64,000 nucleotides of DNA, taken from the NCBI GenBank assembly GCA_964291315.2, contig OZ219753.1, forward strand, positions 1,408,001-1,472,000, given 5' to 3'. The notes under the pieces are model-generated. The model made no database searches, was not told where the DNA came from, and saw only the letters and a list, made by a program, of their open reading frames with translations. The stretch's first letter is position 1. Each line of letters starts with the position of its first letter. The stretch is from Candidatus Poribacteria bacterium (lineage in GTDB: Bacteria > Poribacteria > WGA-4E > WGA-3G). Position numbers and translations under genes: made by a program. Shown here piece by piece: positions 9,392-19,065 of this stretch.

Positions 9392-10585
9392 CTAACTTGC
9401 CTCAGATTGGTAATATGTCATCAGGATCTCTGCGACTTCGGGACGTGCAATCTCTGGAGGCAGCGGTTCACCAGCGGCAAGAATCTCGCGCTGCCTTGTG
9501 CCAGAAACGTTGAAATGGGCATCGCTATCGTGCGGGCAGTCACGTATCATCACAATTTTCTGGCACTTTCTACACCATACCGTGAAGTCACCGCGGAAAA
9601 TTCCGATTTCTAACGCACCCGCGGGAATTTTATCGAAAATCTCTTGGGCCTCGAATGCCCCGTAGTAGCTGCCCGCACCGGCATGATCCCTTCCCACGAT
9701 GAAGTGGGAGGCACCACAATTCTGCCGAAAAACAGCATGCAGGAGCGCCTCCCTAGGGCCCGCGTAGAGCATGTCGAACCCATACCCGGTAATAGAGACA
9801 GTATTTTCAGGAAAATAGTGCTGTACCATAGCACGGATAGCAGCATCGCGAACCGCAGCAGGAATATCGCCCGGCTTCAGTTTACCCAGAAGCATGTGAA
9901 TCAGTATTCCGTCCGCATTAACCTCTCTTTGCGCTATCTTACACAGCTCCTCATGCGCACGGTGCATCGGGTTACGCGTCTGGAAAGCAACGACTCTGTT
10001 CCATCCACGCACTGCGATGTCATCACGAATCTCAGCAGCTGTACGGAATGTGTGTGGAAAATCCTCGCGAAAGTAGGAGTAACTTAAAACCTCGACGGGC
10101 CCGGAGATAACACTGTTCCCCACAGACGCAAAAGCAGGAACACCAGGGTGCCCTGGATCCACAGTCCCAAAGGTCTTTTCAATCAGAAGCTGTCTCTGAT
10201 CTCGCGAGAGCGACTCAATCGCCGAGACCTTCATGACTGCCAGCGGCGGATTGCCTTCAACGTTCGGATCACGTAACGCAATTCGGTCACTATTCTTCAC
10301 AGCCGCCGTGAGCTGTTCAGACGGCACAATATTCATAATAGGCACGGGCCAGAAAAGTCCGTTCAGTAATTTCATATCCGCAGCAACGCTTGCCGCTTCA
10401 GCTATCGTCATATAGCCCGTCAGGGGTGTGAAGTAGCCTGCCGCCAACATGACCGCGGATGCAGCAGCACCTGAAGAGAGCAAAACAGACGGAAGTTGTT
10501 CCGCCTCTTTCGTCAGTTCGGCGCGTTCCGCATCGTCCGAAACGTAAAGCGGGGTTAAGGTCCCGGCTCCATGTGGTTTAACCAT
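9392..10585 (-). CDS. sat: Sulfate adenylyltransferase (ATP sulfurylase)
   Basis: MVKPHG start after AAGGAG; VAFQTRNPMHRAHE, YAGPREA..HA..RQN.G..HFIVGRDHAG, SGT..RE motifs. Confidence 0.95.
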   Translation of the reverse strand: MVKPHGAGTLTPLYVSDDAERAELTKEAEQLPSVLLSSGAAASAVMLAAGYFTPLTGYMTIAEAASVAADMKLLNGLFWPVPIMNIVPSEQLTAAVKNSDRIALRDPNVEGNPPLAVMKVSAIESLSRDQRQLLIEKTFGTVDPGHPGVPAFASVGNSVISGPVEVLSYSYFREDFPHTFRTAAEIRDDIAVRGWNRVVAFQTRNPMHRAHEELCKIAQREVNADGILIHMLLGKLKPGDIPAAVRDAAIRAMVQHYFPENTVSITGYGFDMLYAGPREALLHAVFRQNCGASHFIVGRDHAGAGSYYGAFEAQEIFDKIPAGALEIGIFRGDFTVWCRKCQKIVMIRDCPHDSDAHFNVSGTRQREILAAGEPLPPEIARPEVAEILMTYYQSEAS

Positions 10586-10667
10586 TAATTTAATTTCTCC
10601 TTTTTTCCGTTGGCAGCGTTGCAAACCTAGTACATCTGTAGATGCGCGTAAGTCTAACGAGGCTGCT

Positions 10668-13600
10668 CTATTTTCTAACCGGCTGCACCCCTTCTAAAGG
10701 GCCAAGTGCTCCAGTGTCTAAAGACAATTCTGGTAAATTCTTAACAATCTCCACCGTCTTTAGACTGACAGTGATAACGCGCGCCACCAAATCCACAATA
10801 TACCGCGGCGCCTCCGCACAATTCGGATCGTTGACCAACCCACTCCGACTGTGCGTCTTGACGCGATACTGATCTATCACCCACTCCAACGCCGAACGAG
10901 TGCCTAGCCGATACGCAAACGCCTCGGCAGGGATGCCCTCCAACGTCAAGAAGGCGTTATATTTCAACTGTGTCTTATCTTTAGACAACTTCATCTTCTC
11001 GACGCACCAATCTACGGGGGTGTCGGGCGTTTCTCTGTATTTCAACGGGAACTTCTGTGCGGTTTCGTAGTTGATGTGAAGGTCTGCGAGTTGTGCCCCT
11101 GCGGTAGCGAACGCCCAGAAGTCTGTCGCGAACGGGATATGTGGCAGATCGCGCTTGAGGTTCGCCTCATATTTCTCTCGATAGTCCGGATGGTGCAGGA
11201 GCCCGTAGGTATAGTGGAAGATGTCCCACTTGCCGATGGTGTTGTCTGCATAGTGGGTTCGGAATTCTGTCAATGCCCAGTCGGTGATATTTTCGCGGCG
11301 GTTTGTGCCGTCTTCGTCGTAGATGTAGAAAGGAAAACATTGAGTGCTTTCGAATGCCAAATCAGGGGCAGAAATCTTGTTCGTCATCAGACAGCCGAAT
11401 CCTCTCCTATTACCGATACCCGCAACAGTGATCCCCCGATTTTCTGATTCAGTCTCGGATGTCGGGAATATCCGATGCTGCTGAGAACGTTCCTCATTCC
11501 AAAAATCATCGAAGTAGAGATATTTTTGACAAAATGGGCGATACAACACCTTCCGAAAGTGACTACCCTCGTAGGTGCTTAGCTCCAATTTCTTCAGTGA
11601 CCTCTTAGTTTGGCGACTCCACTTGATGCGCGGATCAGTCGTATCAATGAAATGTTCAATCGGGGCGGTCGGATCATGCCTACGCTTCCGGTCAACTGCA
11701 GTGTTGTATATTTCAATAAAGGTGCGGACGCGCTCTTGTAGCAATGTCAGATCAGAAGCATACACCAAACTATCCCTGCTGGTAACAACACCGTAGGAAT
11801 ACAGACTAAAAATTGCAGGTCCATCCCCGCTCTTTTTGCTTTTTACCGCTTTGCTACCTATGGGGATGAAGGTTTCAAATTCGGGATGGAGCCCCTCCGT
11901 GAGCCATGCGTGGCGTGCGTCGGGTTCAATAGGCTGCCACGCAACCTCGCCCGCATGCCGGCATTTATTCAGGAACTCGAACTTCTGCTCTTTGTTCCAC
12001 AAGTCATCCGTGCGATAGTAAAAGATACGTGGTTGCCCTGATGACTTATCTCTACTTTTCACGAATAGGTTGATACTCACGCCTACCCGAATGCCGAACA
12101 CATTGGCACTTGAGACCTTTAATCCCTTCCGGGCATTTCCGCCCAAGTCGAGAGCATAGATTGCATGGAAATCTTTCGCAAGGTGCTTTCGCATACCGTC
12201 AAACGCGATGCCGTCCAGAAAACTGTTATTCGTTATCAGAGCCACAACGCCCTCTGTGCCAATCCGGTCGGATGCCCAGCGGATCGCCTTCACATACGGA
12301 TCATAGAGCTTATTCCGCAACGTGGCTGTGGAGTCTTTCACATACGTCTCCGCAACCCGTGCGTCCATGAGTGGATACTTCCTATTCTTATTGTTGTCGT
12401 TCTCATTCGCCTGCCCCATGTTATAGGGCGGGTTGCCGATCACCACGAACATCTCCGCTGACTTCTGTCGCTTCACACGCTCTGTGTTTTCACGCGTGAA
12501 GAGCTGGCCCTGCTCCTGCTCAAGCAGCTCGAATGTATCCGCCAGCACGATACCCTCAAACGGCAGATACGCACCCGTCCGACGGAAATACTCCTGCTCG
12601 ATGTTCAGGCTAGCAATGTAGTAGGGCAACAGCATCACCTCGTTGCAGTGCAGCTCCTCGCGGTATTTTGTCTCGAGTGCCGTGCCTTGAATGTCGTGCA
12701 TCAACCGCACGATAAAGTTGCCCGTGCCGACAAACGGGTCGATGATATGCACACCGCTATCCGACAGCGAACGGCCAAACTCTGTCTCTAATAGATGCTG
12801 CACGCTGTTGACCATGAAATCCACGATCGGCTGCGGCGTGTAGACGATGCCGTGGGTGTCCGCTACATCCTCCGAGAACCCTTGAAAAAACTTCTCATAG
12901 AACGTATTGAGGAAGCTCTGCTTCTGTGAGAAGTCTTGACAGAGCAGCGCAGCCTGTTCAATGGCAAGGTAGAAACGATCTAACGGTTTGAGAAACACAT
13001 CTCGACTCATCGCATGACGCATCAGCGCACTACTCACATTCTCTATCTCAACAGCGATAATGTTCCGATAGGTAAAGTCCGACCGGTTGAAAACCGTTCG
13101 GAAGATGCGTTCGGTGAGGATATGTTGGATCAGCATCTCCTCGACCGCCTCCTGTGAGAGCTCCGGGTTGATCGTCGTGCGGCAGGTCTCATAGAAGTTA
13201 GAGAACGCTGCTTGAAACGCCGTATCCACCGCGCGTCGCTGGTTAATGAGCTCCTTCAACTTGCCAGCCAGGGCGGGCACATGTTCCTTGAAGTCTTTTA
13301 CAGCCGACTGCCAATTTTCCAATGCTGGCGGCACATAAGCGAACAGACATTCAAGAGCAGCAATCAGTCCCGCAGCGTTGCGGATATCGCTGTCTAAGGC
13401 GACCTGTCCGTTCTGATACACAATCGCACGCTCCGGGTTCTGAAACAGGATGTTGTCGAGCGGATACCCCGCAGCGCGTTTTTCTTCAACAGCCTTAGGG
13501 AGATCGTCATCAATATCTTTTGCCTCCCAATAAGCGAGCGGCAGGCTGTATTCGTCCAAGATTGCGCCGTCAATCACGATGCGGTTTCCGTTGGGGGTGT

Positions 13601-13784
13601 GCATCTGATATTGCGGGATGAGCGTCGCTTCCACCTGCTTCGCGCAGGTATCAAGCAAGAAGGCGAACGGATTGCTGACAGCGCCTTCGTGTGTCGCCTT
13701 GTGCTGGTCGTATGCCTGCAGCGTGGCGTAATAGTCGCGGATCGGCTTGTGGGTAGGTTTGAGTTTGAGTTGTGACATACGCAT
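10668..13784 (-). CDS. Single-chain Type IIG / Type ISP-like restriction-modification enzyme (nuclease + N6-adenine MTase + C-terminal specificity domain, no helicase)
   Basis: N-terminal IDG...YWEAKD (PD-(D/E)xK-like); GIVYTP, DPFVGTGNF (motif I), GNPPY (motif IV); C-terminal YRPF, YTYGLLH.P.YR..Y, LEWVIDQY typical of the LlaBIII-type C-terminal domain. Confidence 0.85.
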   Translation of the reverse strand: MRMSQLKLKPTHKPIRDYYATLQAYDQHKATHEGAVSNPFAFLLDTCAKQVEATLIPQYQMHTPNGNRIVIDGAILDEYSLPLAYWEAKDIDDDLPKAVEEKRAAGYPLDNILFQNPERAIVYQNGQVALDSDIRNAAGLIAALECLFAYVPPALENWQSAVKDFKEHVPALAGKLKELINQRRAVDTAFQAAFSNFYETCRTTINPELSQEAVEEMLIQHILTERIFRTVFNRSDFTYRNIIAVEIENVSSALMRHAMSRDVFLKPLDRFYLAIEQAALLCQDFSQKQSFLNTFYEKFFQGFSEDVADTHGIVYTPQPIVDFMVNSVQHLLETEFGRSLSDSGVHIIDPFVGTGNFIVRLMHDIQGTALETKYREELHCNEVMLLPYYIASLNIEQEYFRRTGAYLPFEGIVLADTFELLEQEQGQLFTRENTERVKRQKSAEMFVVIGNPPYNMGQANENDNNKNRKYPLMDARVAETYVKDSTATLRNKLYDPYVKAIRWASDRIGTEGVVALITNNSFLDGIAFDGMRKHLAKDFHAIYALDLGGNARKGLKVSSANVFGIRVGVSINLFVKSRDKSSGQPRIFYYRTDDLWNKEQKFEFLNKCRHAGEVAWQPIEPDARHAWLTEGLHPEFETFIPIGSKAVKSKKSGDGPAIFSLYSYGVVTSRDSLVYASDLTLLQERVRTFIEIYNTAVDRKRRHDPTAPIEHFIDTTDPRIKWSRQTKRSLKKLELSTYEGSHFRKVLYRPFCQKYLYFDDFWNEERSQQHRIFPTSETESENRGITVAGIGNRRGFGCLMTNKISAPDLAFESTQCFPFYIYDEDGTNRRENITDWALTEFRTHYADNTIGKWDIFHYTYGLLHHPDYREKYEANLKRDLPHIPFATDFWAFATAGAQLADLHINYETAQKFPLKYRETPDTPVDWCVEKMKLSKDKTQLKYNAFLTLEGIPAEAFAYRLGTRSALEWVIDQYRVKTHSRSGLVNDPNCAEAPRYIVDLVARVITVSLKTVEIVKNLPELSLDTGALGPLEGVQPVRK

Positions 13785-13959
13785 ATAATAGCAGAACTCG
13801 GAACGGAGAGCAACAAGAAAAGCAGGGCTGTTAGAGGCATTCAGTTGCTAGTAGGAGCCCCTTAAGACTCGGTAGACACTCTTTGAAATTTAGCAGACCA
13901 AAGCCCTCTCTTTATTCAAAGATGAGCGAAATATTTATCAAGTCCACGTTAAGTGTAGG

Positions 13960-16065
13960 TTATTTTTCAGGTATTTGTTCGACACTACACCCGTTCCAAA
14001 TCCAAAAATGGTTTCTCCTGTTCCACTCGTCTTTATGACGCACCCGATCTTTGGGGGTATAAATAACTTGTGTGAGGTAACCCTCTGTAACTTCTACTGT
14101 ATAGGTGTGCCTAAGCGGTTCGTCTCTGTCTGCTACGGTGAGGTCATTGAGAATGGACGTTCCATTTGCTATTAGATTGATGGTATGGGTGGCACCTTTT
14201 GCCGCAACAAAGGTGTTAGTTACACGATAGCTTCCGTTCGGGAGATCGAGTTTAAACGCAGCGTCCCGCTGACTCCAAACCGCATCTTGCACAAGTAGTT
14301 TATTACGTCTGCCGTCCCGGTAACCTTCATACGGAGCGCGCGTACGCCATCCAAATTTACCACTCTCGTATTTTGTATCGGGACCGACAGCATGGTGGCC
14401 CATAGCTGTTTTGCCGTTGGCGGGTTGCATGTCAAAACGAATTATCAGATTGCCCCTGTCTGTCCTATTCCATAAATCAAGCATCGGTCCCGGGGCACGT
14501 TTTTTTCTATAGAGTTGGAGGTGTTTTGTCTCGTAAATTATTTCATAATCGGCGGTGTATGCCCGAAATTCAGCTGTATCCGGCGGATACCATGCTATAA
14601 CGTAATCTGTAGGGGCCCTGTGGTACCACAAATCGCGATAATTGTCTGGCGCGTTTTCGTCGTTACGGTTTATCGGAAAGTAATTATATTCAGCTTCGTA
14701 GTTTGCTAAATGCGCCACATCCGCTGCGTAGACGCCGTAGAGAGCCATGTGATGTACATAAGGCGTGACGTATTCAACTCTGCCTAACGCCTCGGATTTG
14801 TGCCAGCCGTCCTCCATTGTCTGAATCTGGTACGTTGTATGCGGTTCGATGAAATGTGTACCCGATACCAATTCCGCAATTTCTGGAGCGATACGAGCAT
14901 GATCATAAGCGGTTCTACCGAAGTGGAGTAAACTGAAAAAGATCAGACAAGCCGCGATAGCACACCGAAACGCCTTGTTCATATCTGAAATTAACCATGC
15001 TGCCAGCATCAGCAGGATATAGAGATGAATCCTATCATTAATCCAACCCCCGGGGCCATAACTCCACGGGGCCTTAATGAACATATAGGTAAACAGAAAT
15101 GCAATTAGCAGAAAGACATCCGTTGGCCTCGCCCACTCTTTACGTCGAATTCGGTGTCCGATAGAAATAACCACTGCAACACCTAACACCGCGAGGAGGA
15201 AATAGTTGGCAGTGACGTGCCAATCTGTAAAATATACTATCGACTTAACACCCCAAAAATATTCCCAGAGCCATTCCGCGCCCTGGTGGTTGCCCTGCTG
15301 ATGCTGTTTCAAACTTTGTAGATAGTAGTCTATCAGCACAAAATATATCGGCACCATGTAGAGAAAGAAGCGAAAAGCAGGTTTAAGGCTAACAGCAAAT
15401 TTTTGAAGCAGCGCCCCAAAACCTGCACCTCGGCCTTGCCACGCTGCAACTAGCGCCGGAGCACCCCACAAACACCCGCCTGCTACAGATATCCCCAACA
15501 CAACGAGCCCATACGAAGCGATATGCGATAGATAGGTTGCCAACAGTAACACGTAGAGCCAAACAAGATTTTTTACCTGCATCTCGTCCTTGTGTTTCCA
15601 CCAAAAACCGAAGCTAAAGAAGAAGAGGGAGATGCTCAATTGGAAGTTGTAAAATCCCATGTAGAGCAGATAGTTGTAAGCAAATGGAAAACCGAGCCAA
15701 GCATATACGAACTGTCCCTTCTTACCCTTGTGGATGGCGTTCATGAAGTAAAAGAAGCCGACCGGGACCATACCGATTGCAATTGTTAGAAGAACCTTCT
15801 CTGAAATGTTAGGCGGAAACACATGGAGAAACGCTGCTAATAAAATATGAGACAACCAATTTGGGAAGACTGTGATGTTCAACTCCCATGCATCCCGCAA
15901 CGTATAGTTCTCGTGTTTCCCATACTCCTTCAGCACCAAACCGTTATAAATATGGCTTGCACCATCCTGGGACGGAAAATAGGCAAAGATCCAGATCGGA
16001 AGCAGGTGTAGAACCAACAACACCACAAACACATGTTTCCAGGACACATTTTGCCAATTAAACAT
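13960..16065 (-). CDS. Polytopic membrane protein, GT-C-like glycosyltransferase with a C-terminal galactose-binding-like domain
   Basis: Many TM helices; FPSQDGASH.YN, MGFYNF, RIHLY motifs; soluble C-terminal beta domain (FDMQP...FGW...FKLDLPNGSYRVT). Start moved to ATG 16065 to avoid overlap with the nth-like gene. Confidence 0.55.
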   Translation of the reverse strand: MFNWQNVSWKHVFVVLLVLHLLPIWIFAYFPSQDGASHIYNGLVLKEYGKHENYTLRDAWELNITVFPNWLSHILLAAFLHVFPPNISEKVLLTIAIGMVPVGFFYFMNAIHKGKKGQFVYAWLGFPFAYNYLLYMGFYNFQLSISLFFFSFGFWWKHKDEMQVKNLVWLYVLLLATYLSHIASYGLVVLGISVAGGCLWGAPALVAAWQGRGAGFGALLQKFAVSLKPAFRFFLYMVPIYFVLIDYYLQSLKQHQQGNHQGAEWLWEYFWGVKSIVYFTDWHVTANYFLLAVLGVAVVISIGHRIRRKEWARPTDVFLLIAFLFTYMFIKAPWSYGPGGWINDRIHLYILLMLAAWLISDMNKAFRCAIAACLIFFSLLHFGRTAYDHARIAPEIAELVSGTHFIEPHTTYQIQTMEDGWHKSEALGRVEYVTPYVHHMALYGVYAADVAHLANYEAEYNYFPINRNDENAPDNYRDLWYHRAPTDYVIAWYPPDTAEFRAYTADYEIIYETKHLQLYRKKRAPGPMLDLWNRTDRGNLIIRFDMQPANGKTAMGHHAVGPDTKYESGKFGWRTRAPYEGYRDGRRNKLLVQDAVWSQRDAAFKLDLPNGSYRVTNTFVAAKGATHTINLIANGTSILNDLTVADRDEPLRHTYTVEVTEGYLTQVIYTPKDRVRHKDEWNRRNHFWIWNGCSVEQIPEK

Positions 16066-16100
16066 ATTTTCCACCGATATAGGGAAGTTGCTGCTTAAGC

Positions 16101-16763
16101 TTACCGGTTGTCTGCAAAGTAGAGGCAGTGCTCCGTCAGCGGACACCTTTCACACAGCGGTTTTCGAGCATCACAGATGCGTCTGCCGAAGTAAATCAGG
16201 TTCATGTGAAACGGATACGCTTTCCCTGCTGGCACTAGGGGCGGCAACACCTGATGCGCCTTTTCCGCACTGCAATTTGACGGGACCAGTCCGAGACGTT
16301 TAGAAATTCGCAAGATGTGGGTATCAACAGGGAAAACCTCCCTACCACAAGCGAAAGAGAGCGTGACAGAAGCGGTTTTAATACCGATACCTTTGTGTTG
16401 ACACAAGAATGCTAAAGCTGACTCGGTTTCCATATTGTGGATAAACTCCAGTGAGAGTTCCCCACGTTCAGTTTTAAGCCATGTGAGAAAATTTTTGATG
16501 GTCCGGCTCTTCTGGTTTCCCAATCCGGCGAGTCTGATTGCTGCCTCTATCGCCTTAACATCCGCGTGCAACACCTCTTCCCACGTTGGGAAACGCTCTT
16601 TCAGTTCAGTGTAGCCTTTATCTCGGTTAACGTCTGTTGTATTTTGGGATAAGATCGTTAAGATAAGACACGCTAACACATCCGCTCCACCATCGCGAGT
16701 CGGCACCCCGAATAGTTCTTCTAGCGTATCTGATATGAGTTCTGTCTTCTGTTTTAGTTCCAA
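16101..16763 (-). CDS. nth: Endonuclease III-like HhH-GPD DNA glycosylase with a [4Fe-4S] cluster
   Basis: ILSQNTTD, GIGIKTA, FPVDTH.LR, C-X6-C-X2-C-X5-C. Confidence 0.85.
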   Translation of the reverse strand: MELKQKTELISDTLEELFGVPTRDGGADVLACLILTILSQNTTDVNRDKGYTELKERFPTWEEVLHADVKAIEAAIRLAGLGNQKSRTIKNFLTWLKTERGELSLEFIHNMETESALAFLCQHKGIGIKTASVTLSFACGREVFPVDTHILRISKRLGLVPSNCSAEKAHQVLPPLVPAGKAYPFHMNLIYFGRRICDARKPLCERCPLTEHCLYFADNR

Positions 16764-16868
16764 TTCTTCATTCCGGATATGCTATTTTAAATATTATTAT
16801 ACCACAAAGTAGAAAAATAACAATCTCTTTTTCATAGTTGCCCGCTGTCTGTCCGTAGTCAATAGTCC

Positions 16869-18755
16869 CTAAAATAGAAAACGATACATCGGTTTATCGA
16901 GTATAACAGCCAAAAGACTCCAGAACGCACCAATGATGAACTCGCCCAGTACAATACCGAGGAAAAACGGAACCGCCTTCCGGTGTAAACGGATCCCACC
17001 GTATTTCAGCACTAACCATTTGAGGAGCCACCCCACAAAAATAGAACCTACCATCGGGTTAATCGCCCAACTGCCGGAGATCGCATAACCGACGGGGTGT
17101 AAGTTCCACCATAGGAATCGCATCCGCATCGCTGCGAGCAGAAGCGTCAGCACGAACCCGAACGTCGCAAAACTGATCGCAGGAACATCAGGCGGGGCAG
17201 TATAGGTCAGCCAGGTCTCTAATCGATTGAAGGACTCTCGGCCGAACCCGGCACCGCCGCCCTCTGAATAGTACATAGACAGATATGCCCAGAATGAACC
17301 TAGTGCTCCTAACACAGACGCTAACATCATAAGACCTGCGAACCGTTGCAACGGGATATTAGCACCCTCAGCTAATTTAAAACCTTCAAGCTGGTGCGGC
17401 ATCGCGTGTGAACGGTGTGCACGGTTCAGAGAATAGAGATAAGCGAAGCCCGTTAAATTCACCGCTCCGAGTCGGCGGATACCTAACAACCGCGGCAACA
17501 TTTCATCGGGTCCAATGAAGTGCAAGTCGTGGACAGGTGAACCGAGCTCTGCCCGCAGTCGCGTAATCGCAATCGCGATTGCGAACCAAACCCCGAAATA
17601 GACGACGATGATCCAGAGACTCATACCCATCTTTAGGCAGAACCCGATGATGAACCCGCTGCCACTTATAAAACCGAGAACAATCAAGCGGTATGAAATC
17701 GGTTCGTTCTGTTTAGGGGATATGAGTTGACGTGCCACGTCCATCAGGTAGCGTCGACTCATCCAGATAGCAACGACACACAAACCTAGATATGCCCCAT
17801 GTGACTGCTCTGCTTCGTACGGAAAGCGTGGGAGCCCCCGCCATCCTGCAATGGTTCCTAACAGACGCTCCGCTCGCCAGATTAACCAGAATGCCCAGCA
17901 GGAGAACGAAAGATCCAACGGTATAAAAAACGATAGCCCCACGCCAAACGGAAAAATGCCAAGCGGGCTCCATCCTATTCCGTTCCACGGACGTTCCGTG
18001 AAAATCTTGCGCAGATCATACAACTTCCCGCCGAGGCTCGGAATAGCTGGAAATAGGAAGTTCAACCCGTTAATAATATCAATTAGCACACCGATAGAGA
18101 GACCTATCCACATCCACGGCGATCCAAAGAATCTCCGGCTGCGTGTCGTCATCTCGAACGGCAATTGGATAATCGGGTAACTCAACCGTTCCGATTCAAC
18201 CCACTGTCTCCGGAAGAGCAGGCTCAGGCAGAGCATGACTAGATGGACAGCCGCAAGAAAAAGTGTCCACCAGAAAATCGCCGGTAGCCAAGCCGTTAAG
18301 TGACGCGATTCGTAGATACTAGAGAAGCCATGGTAGTATCCATCCAACACGCGCTTATCGCTGATAACCAGCCATTGTGGAATGTGCAGATGAAACAGGT
18401 TTGTCCAATCGTTTTCCGGAGTCGCGAACCAGTGTGCATGCCCGATAATCGGCATGAGCACAAGGAATCGATCGACCCCTGCAAGTCCCGCCCCAACTGA
18501 AATGCAAGTATAGATAACGAGGAGTTCCGCGCGGTTGAGCACAAGCGCATGATGCAATCGACGCAAGAGATACCCGAGGCCCAATAAGAGCAAAATAGTA
18601 ATAACGGCATTGTAGAAAAGGGAAACTTGCGTCGGACTCCCGCCACCGCGCATAATAGAGGCAGACACCCACCAGCAGTTGGCAGGCACTAATACACAGA
18701 TAAGAAAAATAGTGAATGGCCGAATTCTGCGAGTTTGGGTAGGAACAATGCTCAC
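16869..18755 (-). CDS. Large polytopic membrane protein (OPT-like/DUF6785-type putative transporter)
   Basis: More than 14 hydrophobic segments; RRQWVESERLSYPIIQLP, R.RAELG.P, HPVGYA, K...LKYGG motifs. Family name recalled, not searched. Confidence 0.6.
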   Translation of the reverse strand: MSIVPTQTRRIRPFTIFLICVLVPANCWWVSASIMRGGGSPTQVSLFYNAVITILLLLGLGYLLRRLHHALVLNRAELLVIYTCISVGAGLAGVDRFLVLMPIIGHAHWFATPENDWTNLFHLHIPQWLVISDKRVLDGYYHGFSSIYESRHLTAWLPAIFWWTLFLAAVHLVMLCLSLLFRRQWVESERLSYPIIQLPFEMTTRSRRFFGSPWMWIGLSIGVLIDIINGLNFLFPAIPSLGGKLYDLRKIFTERPWNGIGWSPLGIFPFGVGLSFFIPLDLSFSCWAFWLIWRAERLLGTIAGWRGLPRFPYEAEQSHGAYLGLCVVAIWMSRRYLMDVARQLISPKQNEPISYRLIVLGFISGSGFIIGFCLKMGMSLWIIVVYFGVWFAIAIAITRLRAELGSPVHDLHFIGPDEMLPRLLGIRRLGAVNLTGFAYLYSLNRAHRSHAMPHQLEGFKLAEGANIPLQRFAGLMMLASVLGALGSFWAYLSMYYSEGGGAGFGRESFNRLETWLTYTAPPDVPAISFATFGFVLTLLLAAMRMRFLWWNLHPVGYAISGSWAINPMVGSIFVGWLLKWLVLKYGGIRLHRKAVPFFLGIVLGEFIIGAFWSLLAVILDKPMYRFLF

Positions 18756-19065
18756 CTTCTTTCAAGAAATAACGCTAATATTCTACACCATTTTTCGTCT
18801 ACTGGCAATAAATTTTACTGACAAACCTAGCTCACAATTGACAACTGTTTCGATTGTTTACTCAAAAGAGATGTGCTATAATCAAATAATGACTGTAAAG
18901 ACGAAGTTAACATGAGTTTGAAAAAAGATTGAGCCGGCTCTTTCGTAGCGTATACAAGCAACTCGTAGCATAGACTCTCAACCTGTGCATCTTCCAAGCT
19001 CGCGTTAAAGTTACAACAACGGCAGTCAGCGGAAATGACTATGGCTGACACAGGTCTTAAAACGT

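Noticed and set aside
9392-10585. Dissimilatory sulfur-metabolism locus
   Set aside because: Only sat is present; no aprAB, qmo or dsr genes in the window, so the pathway direction cannot be inferred.
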